Of a stretch of 48,697 nt of DNA, positions 1 to 10,840 are shown in pieces. Source of the stretch: Pontiella desulfatans (GTDB lineage: Bacteria; Verrucomicrobiota; Kiritimatiellia; Kiritimatiellales; Pontiellaceae); the NCBI GenBank assembly GCA_029287275.1, contig JARFRL010000178.1, positions 1 to 48,697 of the forward strand. Direction: 5' to 3'. The position numbers and the translations under genes were made by a program. How positions within the stretch are numbered: the stretch's first letter is position 1; the number at the start of each line of letters is the position of its first letter. Under the pieces are notes generated by a model that searched no databases, was not told where the DNA came from, and saw nothing but the letters and a program-made list of their open reading frames with translations.

Positions 1-1094
1 AGCGCGGCTTCGTCGCCGACCTCGGCGAGCAGGATGTTTTTTTCGTGCGTTGAAAAGCCGGGGACGCCTCCGACCCGATTCGCGACCACGGGGAGACCGG
101 CCGCCCACGCCTCGAGCACCACGATGCCGAAGGGTTCGTGCACCGATGGAAGGACGAACAATTCCGCGGCCTTGTACGCGGAAGGCAGCAAGGGATCGAC
201 GGGGTTCAAGCCTTCGATCAACGTGATCCGGTCATCAAGCTCGAAACGCTTGATCTCGGCGCGCAGCTCGGCGCGATAGGCCTCGACCGTCACGGGGCCG
301 ATCAGAACCAATCGGTGATCCGGCCGCGTTTTGGCGAACGCGGCGAAGGCGCGGACGAGGCCGAGCTGGTTTTTCTGGTAGTCGACGCGCGACACGCACA
401 GCACCAGCTTCTCCGCGGCGCCGAATCCATACGCCCGCCGAAAGGCCGCGGCGTCGGCCTTGGCGAACCGCTCCACGTCCACGCCGTTGGGCAGGTAAAA
501 AACCGGTTTGTCGGGGAAGCGCGTTCGGACCTCGTCGCGTTCGTTGGCGCCGACGCAGATGATCGCGTCCGCGTCGAGCAGCGCGCGGCGGGCGCCGAAC
601 AGCGCGCCGAAGGCCTTGCCCCACTCCAGGCGGCCTTTGAAGGGCGCGGTCATTTTCTCGATCTGTTCAGCGGGAATGGTGAAGTGTCCGCCATGGAGGC
701 TGACCACGTATGGAATTCCTTTCAGCCGCGCGGCCGTTCGGGCCATGCCGCCAAGGCGGTGCTGAACATGGGCGTGAATCAGCGAGACGTTTTTCTCCCT
801 CAGCAAAGCGAAAAACAGTCCGAGCGATAGCGGACTGCCGCCCTTGAGCTCCAACTGGTTTTTTTGGGCGCGGGAAAGTCCCAGCCAAGGAAAGATGTAC
901 GGGAATCTGCGAACGGAAACCCCGTCATACGAATCCGGGCCCGCTTCCGCGAGCATGCTCGTGCTGAACACCGGGCTTTCAACTCCCGCGCCGATCAGCT
1001 GCTTCGAGACGTTCAGCGCCACGCATTCCGTCCCGCCCCATTTTCGGGGCGCGAATCTGCGAAGCACGTGAACCACCTTGATTAGTTTCGGCAT
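1..1094 (-). CDS. Glycosyltransferase family 4 (GT-B) protein, 3' end runs off the window
   Basis: Absent from the ORF track because it is open at the left edge. My translation from ATG at 1094 gives MPKLIKVVHVLRRFAPRKWGGTE...IHAH...VVSLHGG...LPNGVD...HEPFGIVVLEAWAAGLPVVA, which contains the GT4 E-x-F-G-x4-E-A motif. Confidence 0.85.
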   Translation of the reverse strand, partial: MPKLIKVVHVLRRFAPRKWGGTECVALNVSKQLIGAGVESPVFSTSMLAEAGPDSYDGVSVRRFPYIFPWLGLSRAQKNQLELKGGSPLSLGLFFALLREKNVSLIHAHVQHRLGGMARTAARLKGIPYVVSLHGGHFTIPAEQIEKMTAPFKGRLEWGKAFGALFGARRALLDADAIICVGANERDEVRTRFPDKPVFYLPNGVDVERFAKADAAAFRRAYGFGAAEKLVLCVSRVDYQKNQLGLVRAFAAFAKTRPDHRLVLIGPVTVEAYRAELRAEIKRFELDDRITLIEGLNPVDPLLPSAYKAAELFVLPSVHEPFGIVVLEAWAAGLPVVANRVGGVPGFSTHEKNILLAEVGDEAA

Positions 1095-1213
1095 GACGTC
1101 GATCAATCTAAGCCATTTCCGCGGCGCATGGAAGTTCAACCCGCGGGCGGAGCATTCAAATGATGTTTTTGTTTACCATGTATTTGATGGAGCTTATAGT
1201 TGAGGTCTATCTT

Positions 1214-3691
1214 ATGTCCTCTTTTTCACGCCATCTTAGCATCGCGGCGGTCGCGCTCGGTGCGACCGCGACGCTCGCGGCCCCCCTGAGCGAGAAGGAA
1301 ATCGCGTATCTGCGCGCCAAAAAAGAGATCGTGTTCGTTTCGCAACCCTCGCACGCTCCGTTCGAGTTCGTTCGTAAAAAACAGATCGCCGGCATGAACG
1401 TGGAACTCGCGCAATGGATGGCGGCCGACATGGGCTTCAAGATCCGCTTCGAGGTCGCGCCGCTTGGCGAGGCGATGGAACTGCTGCGAAGGGGCGAGGC
1501 CGACGCGATGACCAGCCTTTTCAAAACGGACCGGCGCGAGGACGAGTTCGACTTCACGCGCGTGATCAAGCTCACGCCGATCACGCTGTTCACCCGCGGC
1601 GACAACGAGAGCATTCATAGCGTCGCCGATCTGGAGGATCGCTCCGTTGCCATCATGGGTTCCGGCTACGCGTTGGAGCTTTTGCAGGAGCGCGGCGTCC
1701 GCGCGCGGGTCCGCTTCACCGCCAGCATGGAAGAGTGCGTGAAGCTGGTTGAATCGGGCGAGGTCGACGCGATGATCGGCAACGAACTCGTGACTCGGCA
1801 CCATATGTATTCGACGGGCGAAGGCGACTTGAAGATCGTGGGCGATCCGCTGTTCACGGCGCGCCTTTGCATGGCGGTCGCGGAAGGCGACGGCCAGCTG
1901 CTCGACCTGCTGAACACGGGCCTGGCCCACGCCCTCAAAAGCGGCACGCTGAACAAGATCGAGGCGAAGTGGCTGGGCTCGGAGTACGCCCGGCGCGGCC
2001 CGTCCATCCAAGCCGTTCTGCTCATCGCGGCCCTCGCGGCGGCGGCCGTGGCGCTGATGATCGGATTGATTCTGCTCTGGAACCGCAGGCTGCGGCGAAA
2101 GGTGGACGAACGTACCGCGCAGTACGCCGAAAGCGAGGAGCGGCTGCGCCGCATCTTCGAGAACTCGCCCGACGCCGTGTTCGTGCTCGACCGCGAAGGG
2201 CATATCATTTCCGCCAACACGCGCGCCTGCGAATCGGTTCGAATCAAGAAACAGACGCTTCTCACCAAACGGGTTCACGACCTGACTCCGGCCGTCTTCG
2301 CCGACGAGGTGGATGAAAACATGCGGCTGTGGTTCGCGGGCGAGCTGGAACAGTGCGAAGGCGCCGCGTTGACGTCCGACGGGCGCGTCTTTCCCATTGA
2401 AATGACCGGAACCCTGCAGAACATCGACGGCCGCGAGCTCCTGCAACTACACGTCCGCGACATCACCCTGCGCAAGGAGGCCGAGGAGAAGATCCACGCC
2501 GCGCGCGAGATGGCCGAGGACGCCAAGCTCATGGCGGAAAAAGCGCGCGAGATCGCGGAGAACGCCAGCAAAGCGAAAAGCGAGTTTCTCGCGAACATGA
2601 GCCATGAGATCCGCACGCCGCTCAACGGCATCGTCGGCATGGCCCAGCTCATCGCCGACACCAAGCTGACGAGCGAGCAAGTCAACTGCGTCGAGACCAT
2701 CCAGCAATCCACCGCCGGCCTGTTGCAGATCATTAATCACGTCCTCGACATCTCCAAAATCGAGGCCGGCCAGATGGACGTCCACGAGTCCATCATCGAC
2801 CCGCGCGACATGTGCCAGAATCTGCTCCACATCTTCAAACCCCAAGCCGACCAATCGGGCGTCACGCTCAAATGCGAATGCCAGGACAGCGTCCCCCTAT
2901 ACGTCCTCGGCGACGAAGGACTGGTTGAGCAAATCTTGATCAACCTCGTCGGCAACGCGTTGAAGTTCACGCACAACGGATCCGTCACGTTGAATATCGA
3001 ATGCTCCCAAAAAGGCGCGAAGGGCGCGGAACTCAATTTTCAGGTCATCGACACTGGGATCGGCATCGACGAGGCGAAACAGAAAACCATTTTCGATAAA
3101 TTCATCCAGGCCGACGGTTCCACCAAGCGGCTCTACGGCGGCACCGGGCTTGGGCTCGCGATCTGCAAGCAGCTCGTCGAGCTGATGGGCGGCTCCATCG
3201 GGCTCTTTAGCTCCAGAGGGCAAGGCTCCACGTTCTACTTCAACCTGACGCTCCCGCAGGCGACCCACCCCGCCACCATCAAAGAGCCGGCAAGCGCGAA
3301 GATCAAAACCATCTCGAAACCCAACGTCCGCGTGCTGTTGGTGGAGGACAACCTCGTCAACCAGAAGGTCGCGACCGCGATTCTGCGCAAGGCGGGCTGC
3401 GTGGTCGACACCGCCGACAACGGACAGGACGCCATTCAGCGGATCCGGCAGGAAACATACGACTTGGTTCTGATGGATTGCCAGATGCCGGTGATGGACG
3501 GTTTCGAGGCCACCGCCCGCATCCGCGAGATGCGCCCGCCTTTGCGCGACATCCCCATCATCGCGATCACCGCTCACGCCATGAAAGACGACAAGCAAAA
3601 GTGCATCGACGGCGGCATGGACGACTACATCCCCAAGCCCGTCAACCGGCAGGCGCTCATCGACCTCATCAACAAACACACCTCTTCATGA
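1214..3691 (+). CDS. Hybrid sensor histidine kinase/response regulator (periplasmic amino-acid-binding SBP_bac_3-like domain, TM, PAS, HisKA, HATPase, REC)
   Basis: H-box [16 protein letters not shown]-box [11 protein letters not shown]-boxes DTGIG and GGTGLGL, receiver LLVEDN...MDCQMP...KP. Start set at ATG 1214 with GAGGT upstream and a signal peptide; the ORF track starts at 1160. Confidence 0.93.
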   Translation: MSSFSRHLSIAAVALGATATLAAPLSEKEIAYLRAKKEIVFVSQPSHAPFEFVRKKQIAGMNVELAQWMAADMGFKIRFEVAPLGEAMELLRRGEADAMTSLFKTDRREDEFDFTRVIKLTPITLFTRGDNESIHSVADLEDRSVAIMGSGYALELLQERGVRARVRFTASMEECVKLVESGEVDAMIGNELVTRHHMYSTGEGDLKIVGDPLFTARLCMAVAEGDGQLLDLLNTGLAHALKSGTLNKIEAKWLGSEYARRGPSIQAVLLIAALAAAAVALMIGLILLWNRRLRRKVDERTAQYAESEERLRRIFENSPDAVFVLDREGHIISANTRACESVRIKKQTLLTKRVHDLTPAVFADEVDENMRLWFAGELEQCEGAALTSDGRVFPIEMTGTLQNIDGRELLQLHVRDITLRKEAEEKIHAAREMAEDAKLMAEKAREIAENASKAKSEFLANMSHEIRTPLNGIVGMAQLIADTKLTSEQVNCVETIQQSTAGLLQIINHVLDISKIEAGQMDVHESIIDPRDMCQNLLHIFKPQADQSGVTLKCECQDSVPLYVLGDEGLVEQILINLVGNALKFTHNGSVTLNIECSQKGAKGAELNFQVIDTGIGIDEAKQKTIFDKFIQADGSTKRLYGGTGLGLAICKQLVELMGGSIGLFSSRGQGSTFYFNLTLPQATHPATIKEPASAKIKTISKPNVRVLLVEDNLVNQKVATAILRKAGCVVDTADNGQDAIQRIRQETYDLVLMDCQMPVMDGFEATARIREMRPPLRDIPIIAITAHAMKDDKQKCIDGGMDDYIPKPVNRQALIDLINKHTSS

Positions 3692-4116
3692 AACCGTTCT
3701 GGGAAACCAAACAACTTAACGAGCTGAGCAAGCTGGAGTGGGAATCGCTTTGCGATGGCTGCGCGAAGTGCTGCGTCCACAAGCTGGAGGTCGAGGAAAC
3801 CGGCCGGATCCACTACACGTGCGTCGCCTGCCGGTTGCTTGACGTGAACACCTGCCGGTGCTCCAACTACGCGAACCGGCACGAACTCGTGCCCGATTGC
3901 GCGGTGCTATCGGTCGATCATCCGGAGCACTTCGAGTGGATGCCGGAAACCTGCGCCTATCGGCTCAGACACGAAGGGAAGCCCTTGCCCGATTGGCATC
4001 CGCTCATCACCGGAGATCCCGCGTCCGTTCACGAACATGGCGCCTCCGCGAAGAAAAAGCTCATTCCCGAATTCCTCGCGGACGAGGAACACCTCGAGAA
4101 CTACATCGTCGACTAA
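3688..4116 (+). CDS. YcgN/UPF0260 family cysteine-cluster (CxxCxxCC) protein
   Basis: MKPFWETK...EWESLCDGCAKCC...ACRLLD...CSNY...WMPETCAYR...LPDWHPL. ATGA overlap with the kinase stop codon. Confidence 0.88.
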   Translation: MKPFWETKQLNELSKLEWESLCDGCAKCCVHKLEVEETGRIHYTCVACRLLDVNTCRCSNYANRHELVPDCAVLSVDHPEHFEWMPETCAYRLRHEGKPLPDWHPLITGDPASVHEHGASAKKKLIPEFLADEEHLENYIVD

Positions 4117-4439
4117 CGCTCCAGCGCGTCGAGCTTCGCGGCGCAAATAAAGTCGTTTTCCGAAAGGCCGCCGATCGCGTGCGTGGTGTAGGTCACCGCG
4201 CAGGTCTTGTAGCTCACCAGCAGATCCGGATGGTGATCTTCCTTGTGCGAGACGTACGCCGAGGCGTTCACGAACGCCAGGGTCTGATAATAGTTCCGAA
4301 ACGCGAACGTTTTCTTGATCGCGTCGCCCTCTCTGGTCCAGCCATCCAGATCCGACAGCAACGCGTCGGCCTGTTCCGGAGTTAGCGCGTCGACCCCGCC
4401 CTCGCAAGGCACGCACCGTTTTTGATTGAGCTCACTCAT
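4113..4439 (-). CDS. phhB: Pterin-4-alpha-carbinolamine dehydratase
   Basis: N-terminal CVPCEGG, EDHHPDL and THAIGGLSENDFICAAK signature motifs. Confidence 0.92.
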   Translation of the reverse strand: MSELNQKRCVPCEGGVDALTPEQADALLSDLDGWTREGDAIKKTFAFRNYYQTLAFVNASAYVSHKEDHHPDLLVSYKTCAVTYTTHAIGGLSENDFICAAKLDALER

Positions 4440-4472
4440 GCTTTTTCTCCGTTCAACAACGAAATCATGACC

Positions 4473-4998
4473 TTATTTGATCAGCTTGAGAAGTTGCTTG
4501 AAGCGCGGATCGGCCGCGTCGCGCAGCAACGCGAAGATCAGCGTTTCGGTCGGGACGACCCGCGCGCCGGCGGCGCGCAGCGCCTGAAGCGCCAACGCCT
4601 TGTTCTCGGGCGCGCGCGACGAAACGGCGTCGGCCGCCACGAACACCTCGCTTCCGAACTCCAGCAGGTCGATCGCGGTCTGATAGACGCAGACGTGCGC
4701 TTCCATTCCCACGAGAATGAACTGGGTTCTCCCCAGCCGTTCAAGTCGGCTCATGAATGCCGGCTCGCCACAGCAACTGAACGCCGACTTTGGAATCGTC
4801 GCTTCGGCCGCGAGCAACGTCTTGAACGGCTCGCTGGTCGGTCCCAACTTTTCGGGAATCTGTTCCGTCGCAACAATCGGCACCTCGAGCAACTGAGCGC
4901 ACCCGACCAGCTTCTCCATGTTCGCGTCGAGCGTTTCCTTGTCGCCCATGATCTCGTGCAGCTTTCCCTGCGCGTCGATGAAAATCAAAACCGCTTCG

Positions 4999-5012
<14 letters not shown>
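4473..5012 (-). CDS. Isochorismatase-like cysteine hydrolase
   Basis: IDAQ...TEQIPEKLG...KSAFSC...GMEAHVCVYQT triad motifs. Start at ATG 5012 with AGGAG upstream. Confidence 0.85.
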
Positions 5013-6364
<1,352 letters not shown>

Positions 6365-6372
<8 letters not shown>

Positions 6373-7549
6373 TTTCTTCCTCCTTTAGCGGAGCGCTCAG
6401 CAAATTCATCCGCGCGTCTTCTCTCGGGAACCGCAAGGTCATGCGGGTGCCGCGGCCGGGCTCCGAGTTGATTTCGATCTCGCCGCCATGATCGCGCATG
6501 ATGCGCTGAACGATCATCATGCCCAGCCCGGTGCCTTCGGCCTTGGTGGTGTGATAGGGCTCGTAAATCGCGCCGAGTTCGTCGGGATCGATCCCGGAGC
6601 CGTTGTCCTCCACCACCACGCAGGCATATCGGTCGGAGACATACGTCTCCAACTTGAGGATTCCCCCATCCGCCATCGCCTGCAGCGCGTTTTTGATGAC
6701 GTTGAAGAAGACCTGCTTGACCTGCGTGTCGTCCACCGCGACCGCGGGAAGATCCTCCGCGAAGTCGGTCTCGAGCAGCATGCGCCGATCGTTGATCTCG
6801 TGTCGCAGCACCTCCAGCGTTTCCTTGATGAGCGTGTCGAGCTCGCGCGGCTTTCGCTCCGGCAGCGAGGGGCGCAACGCTTTGAGGAACTGCCGGATGA
6901 TGGTGTCCAACCGGCTCACTTCCTTTCGCGAGACCTCCACGAGTTCCTTCAGCTCGTTCTTCGCTTCCTGATCCTTGAGATATCCAATCTCGCGGTCGAG
7001 GAGCTGCAGGTGAATGTTGATGGAGTTGAGTGGGTTTCCGATTTCGTGCGCGACGCCCGCGGCGAGCAGACTCAGCGCGTGCAGCCGCTCGGATTCGATC
7101 GAAGAAGCCGTGGTTTCGCGCTCGCGGGTCACATCGCGGAAAATAACGACCGCCCCCTCCTCGTTCTCATCCACCGCGGCCAGCGGGACGACGTAGAATT
7201 CCATGAAGCGGTGTTGGGGATAGGTGATCTCGATTTCACGCCGGACCAGCTGGCTCCATTCGTATTCGTCTAGATCGAGCACCAAATCCCAATGGATGTC
7301 CTTGAGATAGCGCTCAATCTTGGTTCCGGCGGCATCGTCGAGCTTGAAGCCCAGAAACCGTTCGGCGGCGCGGTTGGCGTAGCTGACGCGCGCTTCCGGA
7401 TCGAGCACGATGATGCCCTCTTCCAAAGCTTGGAAAATGGTTTCCATCAGCCCTTTTTCGCGGGCCAGTCGCAGGAAGTAACTCTGCAGACTCCCCTTGT
7501 CGAGATGGTCCAACCGATCAACAAGTTTATCGAAAAATCCTGGTTTCAT
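6365..7549 (-). CDS. PAS-domain sensor histidine kinase, cognate to the downstream sigma-54 regulator
   Basis: AAGVAHEIGNPL H-box, NVIKNALQA N-box, DNGSGI and GTGLG. Overlaps the start of the regulator. Start set at MKPGFF (7549). Confidence 0.9.
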
Positions 7550-7756
7550 GGCCCAAGCGTGCCATAAAGGCGCACTTCGCGCAATTCGTTTTTGATCCGT
7601 CATGAATGCGCCAAAACGACGCTTTTTCACACATTGCAATGTATGAAATTATTCATCCGCGGAGATGAATTCTCTTGAAGCTGAATCCAATGAAAAGCCC
7701 GCGCTTGCATGGGTTCGATTCTTGACGAGGTCAGTCGTGTTAATCACACTGTTCTA

Positions 7757-8437
7757 ATGAATAACGAATCCACCCGACCACCCGCGTCGCCCAAGAAATT
7801 TCGATTCTCCGGAAACCATGTCGCCACCGCGGCGATGTTTCTGATCGTTCTTTTCATGTGGCGCGATCTTTCGCGGACGAAAACCGCGGTGGAGAATTCG
7901 CGCGCTCGAAGTCAGGCGCTTGACGCGGAGCTGGCCAACGTCAAATCCGAGTTGACGATGGCGAACCGCCAATTGGATCAGTTTAAGAAGGGCGGGCCGC
8001 CAACGGCCGCGGTCGCCAAAACGGAAAAGCCCGCGCGCGCGATCGCGGAAGCCATCGAAAAACCTGAAACGCTGTTCCTACAGGAACCGGAAGCGCGACA
8101 AACCGAGGACGGTATCGTGGCGCGCTTCGCGTTTGAGCCGGAAAGCGCGGCGCCGTTGCCGGACCGGATCACGCTGGTGGTTCGCGTGCCCAGCGCTTCC
8201 GAAGCCAGAATTCTCTCTTTGGTTCCCGTCGCCGCGGCAAGCGACTCGAACCTCGAAGTCGTGGTCAACGGCAGGGGCAACCTTGGAATGATCGAGGGAT
8301 CCCCCGCCGAACTCGCCGCGCTCGTTTTCGAGGTGACGGTGTCGGAGCCGGTGAAAGCCACCGTTCGCGGGTCGGAAGGAATCAAGGCCTTCGAGATGGA
8401 TATTCGGCCGGACGGGTGCTCGGTTCGGAAGCTTTAG
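7757..8437 (+). CDS. Hypothetical single-pass membrane protein (N-terminal TM, coiled coil, beta-rich C-terminal domain)
   Basis: TM segment VATAAMFLIVLFMW followed by heptad-like LDAELANVKSELTMANRQLDQF. No family recognised. Confidence 0.6.
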   Translation: MNNESTRPPASPKKFRFSGNHVATAAMFLIVLFMWRDLSRTKTAVENSRARSQALDAELANVKSELTMANRQLDQFKKGGPPTAAVAKTEKPARAIAEAIEKPETLFLQEPEARQTEDGIVARFAFEPESAAPLPDRITLVVRVPSASEARILSLVPVAAASDSNLEVVVNGRGNLGMIEGSPAELAALVFEVTVSEPVKATVRGSEGIKAFEMDIRPDGCSVRKL

Positions 8438-8453
8438 CCGCGCCGGGATCGAG

Positions 8454-9419
8454 CTATCGGTCGTACTTGTACAGATGGCAATCGTAGCAGTCGGTCAGGA
8501 CTCCATGGAAGTTGTCGTCGGGCCAATACGGTTCGTGAATCCCGAGCACATCGTTTCCGCCTTCATGGCAAACCACGCAGCCTTCCCCTTCCGAGGCGGA
8601 GGTATGGCAGGAAACACAATGGGTCGGCGTTGTTTTCGAGCCGGGCGAGCTCCACCTTCCCCTGTGCGATCGCGGCCTGGCTTGCGAGTGGCACGACACG
8701 CAGGAGTCCTCTTCGTGGCAGACCACGCAACCCTCGCGGTCCCACGCGGCCATCACGCCGTGCGTTTTCAAGCGCCACAGATTGTTGTGATTCCGAGGCT
8801 GCATGACGCTGTGGCACTCCTTGCAGGAATCTTCCGAATGGCAGACGTTGCACGAGGCGTCGTCTTGCATGCCGAACATGCCGTGGCGCTGTTGCCATAA
8901 CTGGTCGTGGTCGGGCGGCCGCTGATGGCGATCCATATCAACGTGGCACTCGAGACAGTCTCGCCCTGAAGCATGCGCTTCCTCGCGGATTTCAAGAACA
9001 TCCGAACGCCGCGGCGCCGGAACCGAAACCAGCCCCTCGGCCATCAACGCGCCATGGCAATCCTGACATTTTCCCGCCAGCGCCGCGGTATGGACGAACA
9101 CGCTTCTTGTCGGCGCGTTGGTCGCGCTCTTCCAGTCCTTGAGCTCCGGAAGCTGTTTTTCCTGGTGGCAGTAGCCGCAGGTTTCCTGACTGATTTCTTC
9201 CGCCTCCGGCTCGTCGTGACAATCGACGCAGGTTTCATGCGAAAGCGCTTTGAAAGACGGTTCGCCCGGCTCGCCATGACATTCGTCGCACGCCATTTCG
9301 TTTTCCGTCACGTGGAGATGATGACTAAACTTAAGCGCGTATTTTTCCTCGTCGCAGCCTGAAAGAAACAACAGGGCGGCGCTCGCGGCCAGAATCGTGA
9401 TGATGGGTTTGATGTTCAC
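8454..9419 (-). CDS. Dodecaheme c-type cytochrome lipoprotein (ExtA-like component of a porin-cytochrome conduit)
   Basis: GTG start overlapping the porin stop; lipobox LSG-C. Twelve CxxCH motifs: CDECH, CVDCH, CGYCH, CQDCH, CLECH, CNVCH, CKECH, CVVCH, CVSCH, CVSCH, CVVCH, CYDCH. Repeated H-x3-W-x3/4-HG...CxxCH-x4-CxxCH units. The ExtA-like assignment is from recalled architecture, not a search. Confidence 0.9.
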   Translation of the reverse strand: MNIKPIITILAASAALLFLSGCDEEKYALKFSHHLHVTENEMACDECHGEPGEPSFKALSHETCVDCHDEPEAEEISQETCGYCHQEKQLPELKDWKSATNAPTRSVFVHTAALAGKCQDCHGALMAEGLVSVPAPRRSDVLEIREEAHASGRDCLECHVDMDRHQRPPDHDQLWQQRHGMFGMQDDASCNVCHSEDSCKECHSVMQPRNHNNLWRLKTHGVMAAWDREGCVVCHEEDSCVSCHSQARPRSHRGRWSSPGSKTTPTHCVSCHTSASEGEGCVVCHEGGNDVLGIHEPYWPDDNFHGVLTDCYDCHLYKYDR

Positions 9420-10789
9420 AGCCTTACCTCGAATGACGCGCGAACCCGATAGCCGAGATCTTCCTCGTCGCTATCGTCTTCGAGCTCGCCGGAAACGCGC
9501 AGCGCCGTATGTTTTGAGATATTCCATTTGCCGCGCAAAAAATAGGTGAACGCGAACGGAGAACGCTCGACGCGGGTGCCATCCAGATCAACCGTGACGT
9601 CCTCGGCGATCACCGAAAAATCCGAGAACTGGAAATAGGTGTAATCCACGTAGGCGGCGCCGGCCGAAACCTCCCAGAGCCGACCCTGCTTGTAGCGGAT
9701 GTCGCCGCTCACGCCCATGAAGCGGTCGCTTTCCTCGACGTCCCAGTATTCGAGCGCGATCGTGGCGTTGAGCGATTTGTAGGGTTCGAAAATGAAGCTC
9801 ATGTCGTAGCGTTCGTAGCCGCGGTTGGTCGCGTTGGACTCGTCGGGATAGCGCCAATAGGCGCCCGGAGAAAGGTACAGCCAGTCGAGCAGCTGACTGG
9901 TAAATCGGCCGTAGGCGGTGGTGTAGGGTTCCTGATCGCCCAGCGTTTGAACGAGCGGTGAATAGACTCGGGTGCTGGCGTCGTACTCGCCCCAGCGACG
10001 GGCGCCCAACACCGCGTCGAAAACCCGTTCGGAGAGCGACATGTAGTACAGGTCGCCGCCGCCCATGCGCACGTCGTCGTTCATGACCGAGAGGTAGGCG
10101 CGGGCGCGCACGGTCTCCGCCACTTGTTGCCGGACATCGAAGAAGAAGTGGTCGTCCGACTCACCCACGCTGTCGTCATAATACCGCGCGTAGGTTACAC
10201 GAGAGCGGTTGCCGTTCCACGGCTTTCCCACCAGCGACGCGCCGCCGAACAGATCGCCGACAATGGAGGAATAATAGCTCACCGGCTGGCCCGCGAAGAC
10301 GCGGCCGCCGAGTTGCTGGTTTTCAAACAGCATCGCCTGCAAACCATCCATCTGAATGTAGTCGGCGATGTCCACGTATTGCCGACCGGCCCGCAGGAGC
10401 GCCTTTTTCTTTTGATCATGCAGATCGACATAAAACTGAAGCAGTCGATTCCCGCCGTAGCGATCGGTGTCCTCCAAACTAATGAAGGGATCGTCGGCGT
10501 AGGACTCCCCCGCGCCGTCCAAATCGGAATGAAGCCGTCCGGAGGTGTGGAAATCCACGTGCTTGTCGGCCAGATTTCGTCCGCTCAGGATCCAATAGCC
10601 GTAGACGTCGTGATCGGAGTACGGTCCCTGCCCCCGGAAATCGTAGGTACCGCGCAGGCTCCCCGAATAGTCGGCGGTCGAGGCTTTCTTCACCGGCGCG
10701 TCCTCTTCGGCGCGCGCCGGCGCGAAAACAAAAATGAGCCCCGCGGCGATCAGCGTTCCGCGCAGGCTCGTTTGAATGGTTCGCGTCAT
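9416..10789 (-). CDS. Outer-membrane beta-barrel protein (porin of a porin-cytochrome complex)
   Basis: Signal peptide ending ARA. Tyr/Gly/Asp-rich sequence with alternating amphipathic strands and a C-terminal strand YRVRASFEVRL. Sits between two multiheme cytochrome genes. Confidence 0.8.
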   Translation of the reverse strand: MTRTIQTSLRGTLIAAGLIFVFAPARAEEDAPVKKASTADYSGSLRGTYDFRGQGPYSDHDVYGYWILSGRNLADKHVDFHTSGRLHSDLDGAGESYADDPFISLEDTDRYGGNRLLQFYVDLHDQKKKALLRAGRQYVDIADYIQMDGLQAMLFENQQLGGRVFAGQPVSYYSSIVGDLFGGASLVGKPWNGNRSRVTYARYYDDSVGESDDHFFFDVRQQVAETVRARAYLSVMNDDVRMGGGDLYYMSLSERVFDAVLGARRWGEYDASTRVYSPLVQTLGDQEPYTTAYGRFTSQLLDWLYLSPGAYWRYPDESNATNRGYERYDMSFIFEPYKSLNATIALEYWDVEESDRFMGVSGDIRYKQGRLWEVSAGAAYVDYTYFQFSDFSVIAEDVTVDLDGTRVERSPFAFTYFLRGKWNISKHTALRVSGELEDDSDEEDLGYRVRASFEVRL

Positions 10790-10805
10790 CTCGAAGTTCC
10801 AAAGA

Positions 10806-10832
10806 CCGGAACCGGTCAACGACCGGCTCCGG
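10806..10832 (-). terminator. Intergenic stem-loop between the 9-heme cytochrome and the porin (partial terminator or stabiliser)
   Basis: Minus strand CCGGAGCCGGTC-GTT-GACCGGTTCCGG forms a 12-bp stem with one G-U pair, followed by only TCTTT. Confidence 0.5.
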
Positions 10833-10840
10833 GGATTCGA

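Noticed and set aside
138-830. 230-aa plus-strand ORF in the track
   Set aside because: It is antisense to the GT4 glycosyltransferase on the minus strand, which has clear family motifs.
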